Part shown: positions 1 through 16,200 of the stretch, one piece after another
How the letters are laid out: every line of letters begins with the position of its first letter
Position numbering within the stretch: position 1 is the stretch's first letter
From: Zygnema circumcarinatum SAG 698-1b
Lineage: Eukaryota; Plantae; Zygnematophyceae
Length of the DNA stretch: 64,000 nucleotides
Reading direction: 5' to 3'
NCBI GenBank assembly: GCA_037447605.1
Contig: CM074821.1
Span: forward strand, 992,001 to 1,056,000
Notes under the pieces: model-generated
The model's input: only the letters and a program-made list of their open reading frames with translations
Database searches by the model: none
Told to the model about the DNA's origin: nothing
Program-made: the position numbers and the translations under genes

Positions 1-59
1 TCTTCGCCCTCCCTCATTATTTTCTGCTCGCCAGCCGCCAATGCCAGCCCGCCACGTAA

Positions 60-330
60 GCGTCATATTCGTACGGACCGTCCCACCGGTTCACGTAGGG
101 GGCCAAATCGCGAAAACGAAAAATGTGGCACCCGGGGGGCCCTTCCTCCCTCCTTGTACGACAGCCAATCGCAGGCGCACCGCACACGCGCGAACGAGCA
201 AGACGCGCAGTCGTTCGGCGCCAACATGTGGCTGTCGGAGCCGCGCCGTTTGCGGCTCACCAGACGCAGCCAATCAGGGCCACGGAGGGGCCCCATTTGC
301 ACGTGTGATGTACGTCGACCGTCCGATCGA
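60..330 (+). promoter_or_regulatory. Putative FNR promoter region with CGTAC/GTAC motifs, ACGT cores and CCAAT boxes
   Basis: tcgtacgg (~69), tgtacga (~154), tgtacgt (~309), cacgtg (~300) and ccaatc (~166, ~270) lie upstream of the FNR ATG, which sits in a GCCATGG context. Confidence 0.4.
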
Positions 331-486
331 CCCTATCCGCCAGATGGACGGCTGAGATGTGCCTGCTGGGAGCCGGAACGCGGTACCATATCTTTGTGAG
401 GGCCGACTAGGGGCGAGTGTAGGGATTTGGAAGGCAGGAAGCAGGACTTGGAGGGAAGAAGCAAGGAAGCAAGTAAGGAAGCAGCC

Positions 487-3796
<3,310 letters not shown>

Positions 3797-5124
3797 GCGA
3801 GGCGCGCGGAAAGCTGTGAGCTGCTTATGAATCTTGAAGGACCGTATTTAAACTTGTAGGGTTTGCCAACCGTGATAGCTGTGGTAACCGCACTTTCAAG
3901 TGGCCTCGATTTTACGCCACCCGTCTGAACGGCATTATTTAGACATTTAGGGCACATGTACATTTAGTCAGGGCACTGTATTCCGTACTCACAACGGCAG
4001 GAGGTTGCAGAGGCAGCATGGAACGCGGAGGTTGTGTCGCTATCTGTACCGCGCAGACAAAGGGGTCTGCTAATGAACAAATTACGCAAATTGTCAGACT
4101 CGGGGTGGCTATCTACTGAAAACTGGCTGTCGTTATCACCTGAGTTGTCCTTGGATGGGTCTCTCTCTGTCCTCCCTCCCCTCTCCCTCTCCCCCTTGTC
4201 CCTCTCACTGTTTATCCTCCCTCCCTAGGAGCTGAAAGTTGAAGACGGGATGGAGGGGAGACGGGATGACCTGTACCCTGTCATTGTTTGTTTGCTCGGA
4301 AGGTGAAAGTCTCGTCCCGCTTCCATGTGGGTGTGACCGAGGCTTTTGAACGTCCTTTGAACATGGATAGCCTTCGCATTGATAGTGACAATAATCAAAC
4401 AAAACATCAGACCCTATTAGAAGCGAGGTAAAACGTAAACAAATTCACGTCCTCAACGTTCGTTTTTAGGAGGGAGGACGTTTTGTTCCTACAAAGCCTT
4501 TTGAAAATGAAAAGTCAGGGTTCAGGATTCTAGTCATGGTCTACAATTTGGATGGATCGTCAGGTACGCTTTGCGCATGAGAGCTTCATCCTGCGATTTT
4601 TAATTGGCTATGGACGAAACTGGAGTTATAAAGTCTGAATTTGAAGGCTGCATACGCATGGTCCAACCTTTTCTTTTTTTCCAACTTCAACTTCTGCTGA
4701 CGTGGTTCAGCTTTGCTTTTGTAATCTTGCTCGTGCGGACAATTGAAGTATACTTGGAGACATGACGTTGAATGAACCTCTCGAAATGCGAGTCTATTTC
4801 GAGTCCCTTCCGCGTACCCTGAGAAAATGGTGGACGAATAACAAAAGCACCAATCCTTGTCGATTCGACTCGATGAAAGTCGATTTCAGTCAAAATTTGA
4901 TATAGTCGGTGTCGTTCCAATTCGACACAGTCGCTTGCAGTTCGATTCGATAAAAAATTAAGGTTCAATTCGATACTATCGTCTGCAGTTGACTCGATAC
5001 TGTCGTTGTTTGAATGCTCATATCTCTGCAGGGGGCAGCTGCAGGCGCGTCTGCCCGGGGGGGATGGCTGTCGGTACAGCGAACCGGCCGCCTCAACGGC
5101 CAGTCCGAACGCCGTGACGACTTC

Positions 5125-5275
5125 CACAGGGCGGACCAGTAGGCCAACCATTCGACTGGTGCCAACCATTGGCGCCGGATCGAAACAACCATTCGACTGG
5201 TTGACAACCAGTCGACGTCCAACCATTGCCATCCAATGGTTGTCCAATGGTTGCCGATCCACTTCGGTGCCTGTC
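5125..5275. mobile_element. Short degenerate member of the AACCATTG/CAATGGTT MITE family (relative of 10710-11220)
   Basis: Starts cacagggcggacca (1 mismatch in 14 to the TIR at 10710). Ends in a decayed gatcca...cctgtc. The 21-mer aaccattgccatccaatggtt at 5221-5241 is identical to 10823-10843. Confidence 0.65.
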
Positions 5276-5299
5276 ACAGAAATCCGTCCAGTTTCCCGT

Positions 5300-6220
5300 T
5301 CTGCCGTCCGTACCTGTGCCGGCGCTTCGGCCCTGAAGGCCGGCCCTGGTCCCGCTGCTCAACTTTTCGGCCTTCTCCGGGCGGTAGTGGCCGACAATTT
5401 AACGACTTTTCGTTTCTTTCTTACGGATTTTCAGAATGTGCCGTATCCCGTAATACTGTAAGTTTCTATGTTCTGCCCCGCCTCTCTGCAGCGAGGGCTC
5501 AGATTCCGACGGCGGAGGACCGCGACGCCGACTGCCGGAGTGGGACTCCAGTCCCCGGCCGTCACGTGGACACCGTACAGTGCGAATCCGTACAGTAATC
5601 GTTCTGTTCGTACGACGGAGAAAAACAAACTCCATTTATTTTCGCAATGAAGGCCCACTTGCCTAACGCTCATTCGTACGGGCAAACGATCCGGGCAGTG
5701 TCGGCTTAAAACATTTTCTGCCTGAATTAAAGAATAGTGAAATTATTTTTCCGAAATTGACCAATGGGAAGGAGGCTCCGAAATAGATTTAAACTTTTTT
5801 TGGGCAGACTTAACGGTTTTTCGTGGACCTTGTCGGTGCTCGACAACCAGGTAAAGATTTGTTCAAGGATTCTTTACACCGCCAGACAATCATTCCTTCC
5901 GACCGGATCAACAATTATAAAAAAAAAACAACAGCGAACTCCCTCCAATCAGCCTCTCCGGATCCACCAGGTCAGCTCCCTATGGCCCAGATCTACCTTT
6001 GATCCACCCATAACACGTGCGAAGTGTCGGCGCATTGGACCCACTCGACTGTACGTTGGTGCCATCATTTTCGTACGGTCTGTCGTTTTCAAACGAGCGC
6101 TTTCCCTATCTGTACGATATTTTGTCTTTATAGGACCGTACAGTGACCGTGGTCGGCGCGCCGTCCCTTTGTTGCGGGCGGCCAAAAAAGTCCACTGACC
6201 GAACCATGTCACGTCACGCC
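5300..6220. promoter_or_regulatory. CGTAC-rich upstream region of the kinesin transcription unit
   Basis: At least 8 CGTAC/GTACG cores (~5310, 5572, 5588, 5609, 5674, 6051, 6071, 6111, 6136), plus cacgtg (~5563) and tgtcacgtcacg (~6207). Confidence 0.4.
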
Positions 6221-7234
6221 CATTGAACGGCGGCGAACGGGAGAGGGCGGCGAATTGACCACGACGCTCCGTTGACGCGTCAATAGATCTTGGAATAGAA
6301 TTAGTACTGAAAAGAGTGTTTCAGAATTGAATTAGATTATTACTTTCGATTTGAAGCTCACTCGTTGTTCAGGAGCCTGCCGGCAGCTCTCTCTTCGTGC
6401 GAGAGAGGGGACCTGAAAGCGGCGCTTTCAAAGGCATTCGGAGGGGGCGAAGGGCGGCAGAACTCCACTGCGTTTGGTTTCATTTTCAGTACAGATTTTA
6501 GGTTTTGATGCTCTTTTCTTTGCTGATAAATAGTCAGAATGTTGGCAGAAGGCAGGTATGTGAGATGCTGCTGCTACTGGCTTGCATGAAAGATATGCTG
6601 GAGGGTCTGGAGGTAGAATAGGCTGGTTGGGAGGGGATGTGTGGGAGAGGCAAAGGCGGCGCTGCTGCTCTAAAATGAGTAAGTTTTGAGTATGCACTTT
6701 CCGTCCTCCCTCCCTCTCCCTTCCATGCTCTTCTTGCACTCATTTTCCCTCTCTTTCCACATTTGCTTCTTCTTGACCTTTCTTTATCCCTCTCTACTGC
6801 GACATGAACGGGAAATCTCTCCAGTCTCTGCTGGAGCACAATGAGAAGGAGAGCTGCATTGTTGAAGGGCGTTTCATTTAGCTGCTGGCAAAGTGTCTCC
6901 AGGAGTGGAAAATGTAACTTTAAAACGAAATGTATGGCTAAGACGAAGGATTAAGCCTTAAGGAGAAAAAGAGTGAGGCATGACAGAGTGTCATGTTTCT
7001 TTTAATTTTGGGGATCCCTGCCAGGTGAAAGCCTGCAGTCGTGGAAAGTTTTGCTCATGGAAAGAAAGACAAAGATGCTGGAAAATTAAGTCCTTTGCTC
7101 CTCAATCACCAAGGAGATGCTGAGTTCTGATTACCGAACTTCAATCATAATTTTTCTACTATTTAAGTACTGGTCATGATTTTTTAAGAAACTAGAGTTT
7201 GCCTATCCCGAACTGGTGTCGATGATCCAAACTA

Positions 7235-7261
7235 CTCTCTCTCTCTCTCTCTCTCTCTCTC
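7235..7261. repeat. (CT)n microsatellite
   Basis: Uninterrupted CT dinucleotide run. Confidence 0.95.
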
Positions 7262-7611
7262 GCCGGTGGCTGCTACTGGTTTTTGCGTTTGTCAAGCGAC
7301 TCTTGCTCTGGACAAAGGGCCACTTTGGCTCAGGAAAATTGATCAATTCCACAATTTGCTTTCTTGTGAGAGCGGTTTTGCACTTTCTTGATTTCCCTAT
7401 GATGGCATCACTCACTTACATTGCAATGACAACCATCCGTGTTTGCGGCAATGAATGCAGGAAAGTAAGTGAGCTTTCTGGATCACTGGGTTTAAAAAAG
7501 AAAGTGAACGGCGAAGGGCTCGGCGTCATTTTGCTCTATCTGGAGGCTAAGCAAGGGAACCAATAAGGGGAATTTCAGAGTTTCAAGTTCTGGCCTCTAG
7601 GGAGGAGAGCA

Positions 7612-10310
7612 ATGGCAGGGAGGACGAGAGTTCAAGGAGACGGAAATGAATTTCTGGACCCTGGGTTTGTGGAAATTGGAGAAAGGAGAAGCTCAAGCGG
7701 TGGATTTGGAGGAAGAAGATTTAGGGAAGGTGATGGCCCCACTGGAAACGAAGTTATGAAGGTTGCATGCAGAATACGGCCTGCTCAGCGGGAGGAACCG
7801 AGAGTATGGGTAGTTTCTGGAAAGGTGCGCTTGACGATGCTGAGCCTTGTGCCGAAATTGGAAAGATTAGAAGTCGTCATTTCCTTTTCAGGATGGGGAT
7901 CAGGATGAGGGTGAGATGAGAATGAGGATGAGGTGACGTGAGGTGATAGATAATGCTTAAGCACTTAACAGACAGCTGCTTTCTTGAACAATTAGCGGAA
8001 AGTGGCCTGATGTAAGTTTGCGCAATTACAGACTGTTGCAGCAATTCCGCCACCATTGGATAGAGGAGGCCATCATCATGCAGTACGCCGTAACGCGCAT
8101 TCGCTTCCTTCTTTTACTTTTGACCAGGCTTTCGGTGAAGACTCAACAAACATAGAGGTGCAGCTCCCTCTTCTCGTGCTTTCCACATTGGCATGCCTTT
8201 CCTCAATAATCTTTGCCTAGCCAAATTCCCTCTCCCTCACTTTCCCGCCCCCTTTTTCACTTCCATGCCAGTCCCACCTTCCTCCCACGTCCACGTTTCT
8301 CTCCCGCGTTCACTATTCCCTTTCCTTCCAACCACTCCCCCCCCTTCTACCTCAACTTTGGATAGTTTCATTTCTGAAAGTAACTTCTTGTTTCATCGTT
8401 TCATCCGCTTTGAGTGCTCAGGTGTACCAGCAGTTCTGCAAGCAGGTGGTGCATCGTGCTATTGAAGGCTGCAAGTCAACACTGATGCTCTATGGTCAGA
8501 CAGGTACAAAGGATGGAAGACAAGATCCCCTCACTCTTTCTCTCTTTCTCTCTCTCTCTCGCTCCCTCTCTCTCTCTTCCCCCCCTTCCCTCTCCCAATT
8601 ATTTCCTTGCCCTTTTTTTCCCCATCTCTCTGTTTATTGATTTCGATTCTTGAATGCGCAGGTGCTGGAAAGACGCATACAGTAAGCGGTACAAAAGCAG
8701 AGGCCGGAGTGTTCACATATGCCATCAGAGATATTTTGGCAGCTGGCAAAGCATGTGAATCTGGGAAATTTTCATGCTCGTTCTCCGTTGTGGCTGTCTA
8801 CAATGAACGAGTGATGGATATGCTGAACCCGTCAGGTCCTGAACCCTTGGAAATGCTCGGGAAGGAACTTAGAGATAAAAACAGACAACCAGCCACAAAG
8901 GTAGAATTTTCTTCTGAGGAGGAAGCTCAGGAACTGTTTCATCTTGCGGAAAAGCAGAGAAAGTATGCAGAGACTCAGAAAAATACACGTAGCAGTAGAA
9001 GCCATACGGTATTCATTATTGATGTCAAGAGAACGACAACTGAGTGGGAAGATGATATGAGAGCGGATGTGGGAGGGAGGAGAGCAGGAACGGTGGAACG
9101 AGGAGAGGGAGTGGGAGGGGAGGGAATACAGCAGCAGAGCTCCATGGGTGGGAAGGACAGGCTATTGAATGGGGCCCTGAGAAGCATGAGAAGGGGAGTG
9201 CAGAAGAGGAGTGATGGAAGAGAAGGAGAGAAAGAACGTGTGCTGGTAACCACAAAGGGAACACTTTATCTCGTGGATCTGGCAGGCAGTGAGAGTACGA
9301 AAGAATCAGGTGCTACCGGTTTGAAGAAAAGGGAGACGGAGATTATCAATAAAAGCTTACTCGCTTTAACGGAAGTGCTTGGCCATCTCAGCCGAGGAAG
9401 TAGCCCAGACCTTGCTCCATATCGCCGTTCTATGTTGACGCGTGTACTGAGACCGTGCCTTGGAGGGACAGGGACTGACGAAAAAGGTGCCGTTGGGGAC
9501 TCCTTTGCAGCCATGATGTTTTGCATCGATCCTCTTAATCTCCGAGTGTCGGAAAAAACACTCAAGTACGGACTAATCACAAAAGCGATCAGAATTCAGT
9601 ACGGTATTCATATGGTGAGAGAGAAGGGAGATGAAGAAACGTCGAGCCAGCTTGCTCAACTCCAGAAGGAGATAGAGCAGTTGAAGGAGGAAAATGCGAG
9701 GCTTGAAAGGCAGCGAATGGCGTTGCTGCTGATATGGAGGAGGGGATGGCGGCAATGGATGCCGAATAATGGGAATCAGCGGAGCTCTGAAAATAAGGTG
9801 TCAGTGCAAGGGAGTGCAGCCCTGCCACCAAGGCCGAAAAAAATAAATATTTTTCGAACACAAGGAATGTTTGCCAAGGAGCAGATGGAGGTAGGAAAGG
9901 CGGGAGAGTTTACGGTAGATAGAAAGAGTCTGTTGCCTCCTATAACGAGAATTCAGTGTCTGACTCCTGCAGCGATAGACGTCTTGGCAGAAGGCTTGGA
10001 TGATGGAAGGGTGCCGGAGGCAGAGGAGTTTGAAGAAGGGCAAAATCCAACCAGTCCAAGAATAGATTTTCATTTTTCTGACTCAGATTGGGAGACAGAA
10101 GTAGGAGTGTTCTCCGAAGATGAAGGAAATGCTTTGGAGGAAAAGAAGGAGACTGTTGGAGGTGGAGAGAGGATTAAGTACGGAGGGAGGCATCACAGGT
10201 GTGAAGTTCCTTCAAAGAAGAGCTTATGGCGATGCATGCCATGCTTTGCGAGCCATGAGCATGTCCATCCGAATGAGGAACCTGGACTTGAAGGCACCGA
10301 AAATATATAA
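7612..10310 (+). CDS. Divergent N-terminal-motor kinesin; 4 exons, ~684 aa
   Basis: Exons 7612-7809, 8032-8157, 8422-8503, 8662-10310, in phase. Motifs MKVACRIRP, FTFDQAF, P-loop YGQTGAGKT (split by an intron), NTRSSRSH, LVDLAGSE, INKSLLAL and PYRRSMLTRVL, followed by a short coiled coil. The true start codon is uncertain because upstream exons are possible. Confidence 0.9.
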
Positions 10311-10709
10311 GGAAAGCGAAAAATATGTCAAAAAGTCCCCAAAGCTGCCTGTGGTTGGTTCTGCAGACAGCGTTGTAGATAACGGTGGACTGACATAGAA
10401 TGCGTTTGTAAGGGAGGCTGGATGAATGGGATTAGGTCAATACAGGGTGTTCTAATGGGGGCTTCAGTTTCTTTGGGTTAAAGGATAGGACTTAGAGCTC
10501 AAGGCTCTCTCTCCGCATTTCTCCCCCTCTCTAGTCTATGGTGATACGTTTTTTTGATGATGTATGGAACGCACTTATAGTAAAAGCGTAATGCAAATTC
10601 ACTGCAAGACGTTGCATCCATTTGGTTGTATGGAGACGGGGCAGAAGCGCTTCTCGAGCAAGAAGAGGGAGGGAGTGGGAGAGAGAGAAGGTTCAGAGGT
10701 TCAGTACCG

Positions 10710-11220
10710 CACAGGTCGGACCATTGCATCGACAACCATTGGACAACCATTGTTTTTTTCCATGGTCGGACGATCCAATGGCAATGGTCGTACGATGGTT
10801 TGGAATCATTGCAATGGTTGGCAACCATTGCCATCCAATGGTTCTCAACCATTACAATGGTTGGCCGACTCGCGAGCCAATGGTTGGCAACCATTGCAAT
10901 GGTTGGCGACCGTTGCAATGGTTGCAATCATTACATAGAAAACGCAAAAATTTCTTCGCCGACAGCCGGATTCAAACTCACGACTCATTATATATAGAAA
11001 GACAGTGGCTCGAACCATTGCCAATGGTTGTTTCGGTCTAAAGGCAATGCTTCGCAACCATTGCAATGGCTGGCAACCATTGCCATCCAATGGTCTGGAA
11101 CCATTACAATGGTTGGCAATCACTGGATCCAATGGTTCGAAACCATTGGCAATGGTTGGCTAGCGCGCGATCCAATGGTTCTCAACCATTGCAACGGTTG
11201 ATCCAATGGTCCGACCTGTG
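10710..11220. mobile_element. hAT-like MITE, 511 bp, filled with palindromic AACCATTG/CAATGGTT repeats
   Basis: Perfect 17-bp TIRs cacaggtcggaccattg (10710-10726) and caatggtccgacctgtg (11204-11220). Flanking 8-mers cagtaccg and cactactg match at 6/8, consistent with a decayed 8-bp TSD. No coding capacity. Confidence 0.8.
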
Positions 11221-11589
11221 CACTACTGTACTGTACTAGCGTTTAAAACCCAAAACCTCAAACCCCATGGAACCGTAAAACTCTTAACACAGTTCCAACG
11301 TGCTCAAGCGTCTCCATGCGCGACCAAGATGCCCTCAGTTCCGCGTTAAACTGGATGCACATGTAGAGCGACCAAAGACTATTTCTGCATCACGACAAAC
11401 GTTTTGCTGACGTCATAAATTGCAAAAAAAATCCTTCTTCCAGTGCAGAACAAGAGTCGAATTTTAACCAATCATAATTTGACACGTGTACATTTGTTAC
11501 ACGTGGCGCCTTCCCATTGCATAGTGGGCCATCCTCCTCCCAAAACTTTTGCGGTCAGACGGAAATTTCGGCTACATGTCCTTTCGGGA

Positions 11590-12015
11590 GACGTGTACGG
11601 CAAACCTAAAAAGCCAAAAAAGATGACGTAATTTTCCGTAAATCTGGCGCATTATTTTCGAACCATGGAAAATGCTCAAGAGGGTCACTACACGACAAAT
11701 CACACAAGTGCGCACCGACACTAACGACGAAGTCTGTTTCTTGTCGTGTCTGATCAGGTTGCTCAAAATCCGATTCCACCCTCCGCTGTCCATGTCAGTC
11801 CTCCGTTCGTACAGTCATGTCCACTGTCCGTATGGCAATGCCCCCATTATCAAGCTCGCACGTGCGAGCCAGCCCGTCAAATTCCAATTTCTGGAAGCCG
11901 CACACATTTCGGGTGTACGGCTTCTGTCTTTTTGGACGTGCTCGTACGCTATTTTGGCGTATGTCGGCGTACGGTTCTGTACGAATCTGTAAGTTTGTGT
12001 ACGAATATGTACGGC
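11590..12015. promoter_or_regulatory. CGTAC-rich promoter region of the PTI1-like gene
   Basis: At least 8 GTACG/CGTAC cores (~11593, 11807, 11914, 11942, 11967, 11978, 11998, 12008). A probable 5'-UTR donor (aag|gtaagg) follows at ~12237. Confidence 0.4.
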
Positions 12016-13299
12016 GAGTCTCTCCGCGTCTTGTGGCGCGCCACGCGGCCTTGCTTGCCACTGCGGGAGGGCGCGGAATCTGCAGCTGCAGGAGAAGCTG
12101 CACTGCAGTGGAGGGCGGGGCTGGCTGGCTGCCTGCAGGGGGGGGAGCTTCAAAATATTGTTACATTCAAATATCTGGAAAGGCAGGCATCAGGGTGTTT
12201 TGTTTGTAGTATTTGGAAAGGTCATGGATTGCTGAAGGTAAGGTGATGTGTTTCGGCTATCGTTGATGCAATTTTTGTATTTTTTTTTATCTTGTATGTG
12301 CGGATTGGGAAGAGGCAGTGGGCTGTGGATGCGTTTGGAAGTAATGTTTGTGAAGAATGAAGGAATGGTATCTGGCTGGATCTTCTGGAGTGTGTGTTTT
12401 GAAGTAATGCAGGAGCAATGGAGTTTGTAGGAGATGCGAATTAGTTCAGCTTGCAAGATAGCTGTTCATGAGCTTTGGTCGGAAGGATTCGTGAAGGCCG
12501 AAAACAGGTTAATGAGTATCAGAGCGGAGAAGGATCCGTGAACAAGCGATAGCGTTTGCCACAATAATTATACCGAGGCTAGGCTTTCGTAAGCGTTATA
12601 AAAGCTGTGGACATGAGACTACGGCCTTTGGGATTTGTGGAATTCAAGTATGGCTGTGCAGTTCATGATCAGATTGCATTTTAGAGGGGATACCGCCTCG
12701 ATAACTTATTTTGTATCTCGCAAATTATTATAAACATCAAGAAAAAGCTTCCAAGCGCCACACGGAGCTCAATATTTTTGATTCGTTCGTCCAATTTAAT
12801 AAGCTTGCTTGCTCCGCATCCTTGTTGGCATAGCCTGAGCTGTTTGTAATACCTTAAAACTTTTTTCTTGAAGTCCTTATTTATGTGCTCAGCCTTAATT
12901 CCTTTGTGCGCGCGCAAATAGCAAACATGCACGCAGGGAGAATACAGTTTGAGCTGTATAGAGTGTTTTTCTTTTGTGGGAGAGGAATGGGAAGGGCGCT
13001 ACAAGACCAGCGAACTCATGGGACTGAAAACTGCTGTGCTATGCAGTTGAATGATTTTCTCAACATCAGTTTGTCTTGTAAGAGTGAACCTTAGGCCTGG
13101 TTTGCTGCTCGTTGCAGATATCTTGTGGGATCCGTGAACCGGCATCACCTACGTTGATGTTCTCAACTCCGCAAATGCTTTTTTGATTTGTTACTATCTT
13201 ACGGTCGACAGCACGCAAGTGAAGGAGCAGGAAAATCTGCTTGAAGGGAAGATTTGCGGAGTAGAAATGCCGGGGACTTCAGAGGACCACAGCAGTGCT

Positions 13300-16200
13300 A
13301 TGAGCTATATTCCGTTCACGTGTTGCTTGGAAGACAGGGACAATGTGGAGGAAGCAGCACCACCACCGGCGAAGCCCGTTGAAGTGAAGAATGTTTCTCC
13401 CCAAGCAGGTGACTGCCTTGTAGTCGGAGAGATTGTAAGGCACTTGGCAACTTGTTTTATCATTCCTCCATCTGTATCTAGATTTGCCCCGTCACTGACT
13501 CTGAAGCTGTACCAGAGTCTCAATCATTTAAATTCAAGTAGGTCAAAAAACAAAATAATGCCTCTACCTGCAGTGGACGACCTTTGTGGCATTTTTTCAC
13601 AATCCGACGATATGGTGATTTAGTTTAAATATTAGAACTGGCTTACTTACTAGGAAAATTTTAGCTGTCCATGGTGAGCTATACATTTACCAATATCAAC
13701 AAGCTGTGAATGTTTTCATCGTGTGATTGACTCCTGCTTCCTCTTGTTTCTCGGCCTTTTTTGACCAGCTCCACCTGTAGAGAAAATGGCACCACTGCCA
13801 GTCAAGCCAGTAAGAAAGCTGAAAGAGGTGATTGAATATGTGAAACCGCAAAAGGAGCCATTGATGGCAGTCCTGGCCCTGACTCTGGAGGAGGTCAAGG
13901 AAGCTACTGGCGGCTTTGAACAGGAGGCCTACATAGGCGAAGGTTCAAGTGGGAGAGTGTTTCAAGGGCAGCTAAGGATCGGGGTCCATGTGGCTCTCAA
14001 AGTTTTGAAGTCAGCACAACAGCCAGAAAGTGAATTTCTAGCGCAGGTGAGTCTGCTGGAATGAGCTTATGTTTCCTCCCTCAACTATCATAACCATGTT
14101 ATTAGGTCCGACCTCCAAGTTTTGAAGATTTCTGGAATCCTTAAGTTTGCAGCTTCGAATTGCGAATGCTTGCCTTGGTTAAGCTTGTCGCAGACCATTC
14201 TGGGGCGATTTCCAGGCATATGCTAGTTTGATCCAATTATTCGGCATTTTTTACGCGACAGTATCCAGATTTTATTAGTATGTCTTAACCTTTGTGGGCA
14301 TTTTGAACTACATTCCCTTTACGACCTTCTTGACCTGATCCTACATGTAAGCACCGGTCGCAGGTTGCAAAAGTGGCTCGACTTCAACACGAGAACGTGA
14401 CGGCCTTGTTGGGTTACTGTGTTGACGGAGACACGCGCATGTTAGCTTATGAGCTTGCACCCTATGGGAGTTTACATGATGTGCTTCATGGTGAGGCATG
14501 GATGCACAGCGTGGATTTTCAGGTTAACATTAGTGGTGCAGTCATGTTTATCCCTCAGTTTTGGGGATTATTCACAGATTGTAGACTAATGAGATATTCC
14601 ACTTTAATAAATGTGACGTCATGTTCTTGTTCAAAGTTACACATGAAGTAAATGGTTTCGAGAGTGCAAACTGCTTCCGTTATTGGGCTTGTAGGACACC
14701 AGTTTATGACCTTAGTATGTCCTACAAAAGTGCCCATAACATGTACGTAGTCTAAGTAGCGTATCCTGCTCTGTTTGGTTATACCAATGGTTTCAACAGA
14801 TTGGTAGCTCATAGATGACAATTCATTCGGCGTGCATAATCTGCAGGCTGGAAAGGGGTGAAGGGCAGCAAGCCGGGTCCTCTACTGCACTGGCCACAGC
14901 GCGTCAAGATTGCGATGGGGGCTGCGAAGGGGTTGCTATACTTGCACGAGCAGGCACTTAACACCTTTGCTCACAAAGGCATTAAATCAAGCAACATCAT
15001 GCTCTTCAATGACTATGTCGCAAAGCTTGGCGACTTCAACCTGTCAAAAGAGCAAGCAGATCCTGCGGCTCCCTTTGATCCACAGCACGAATTTAGCAGG
15101 TGCTTGCACATTGGTTGCCCCTGTGGTATCGATTTTGTGCTTAGCTTGAGTCGAATGAGCACTTTTATCTCACCTATCAGAGAATGGATTCTTTTGACAT
15201 GTTTTGCAATCCACGGCTTTACTCGATGATGTCATTAGGTTATGCGCACTACTGTTAACTGGACGTTTGCAGAAATGTGAGAGTTTTTGCCTGAAAGTGT
15301 TTTAGTGTAAGGTAATGCAGGGAGATGATTTCCGAGAAGATGCAAGCTGAGAAAGCAGACATCTATAATCTTGGAGTTGTACTGCTTGAGCTTCTCACTG
15401 GTCGCAAGCCGGTGGATTCATCTGCACCCCATAATCAGCAATCACTGGTTACATGGGTTAGTTCTGCTTTCCCCTCGACTTTTGACGCTGAGTAGCTTGA
15501 TTGTGTAGTTGAACAGAATAAGGCAGGAATTTGATAGGCATATGATGCACGCTCTGAACTGACTTTAATGCGCTTAAAGCTAGAATTTGGTGGATCCCGG
15601 CTGTGCTTCTGATGATCATCATCTAATAAGGGCGTTTCTCCTAATTTATCCGAGATTGAGGGAAAAGGAAACAGAATGCACATGAATATCTGGAAGCTGG
15701 GTTTGAGGGAAATAGGGTGCAATGAAGGACTATAATTGTAATGGCATGGAATGAGAAATTAAGACATTGCACAAATAGATGCAAAAGGGGGTGGAACTAG
15801 ACTATGTGATGTGTTCGGGTAAGACATAAATTAGTCGTTGTGGTCAAGTAAGGTCGTTGCTATACGCCCCTTATGTCTTAAGCCCTGAAAACCCTAAAAA
15901 GTCGAAAAACCCTAAAATCCCTAAAAATCCTTTGTCTATCTCGACAAACTTAAGGGGGATGAATCTACTTGCAGGCAATGCCGAGACTGAGTATGGAGAA
16001 GGTGCAGACCATTGTGGACCCAAGATTGAAGGGACGGTACCCGGACGATGGGCCCTTAAGAGTAAGCTGTCTTTTTCAGCCATTCAATATTTAAATGTTC
16101 CTGGATATAGTTTCTTCCATGCTGTAAATCAGAACAGCCATCTTGCCACTTTCATTTTTACGGTTTTACCTGCAAGTAGGCACCTTCAGACATGTCCATT

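Noticed and set aside
4687-5461. ORFs of 196 and 151 aa
   Set aside because: They overlap repeat-derived and TCGA-rich sequence, with no recognisable domain or splice context.
10955-10990. B-box-like GTTTGAATC on the minus strand in the MITE core
   Set aside because: The T-stem does not pair and no other tRNA arms are present.
10499-11132. Several 95-142 aa ORFs and a possible CRISPR-like array
   Set aside because: The ORFs are translations of the MITE palindromic repeats. There are no constant-length repeats with unique spacers and no cas genes, and the context is eukaryotic.
12681-12932. Minus-strand 83-aa ORF containing HKGIK, the same pentapeptide as the kinase catalytic loop
   Set aside because: It is a five-residue coincidence in AT-rich 5'-UTR intron sequence with no other kinase similarity.
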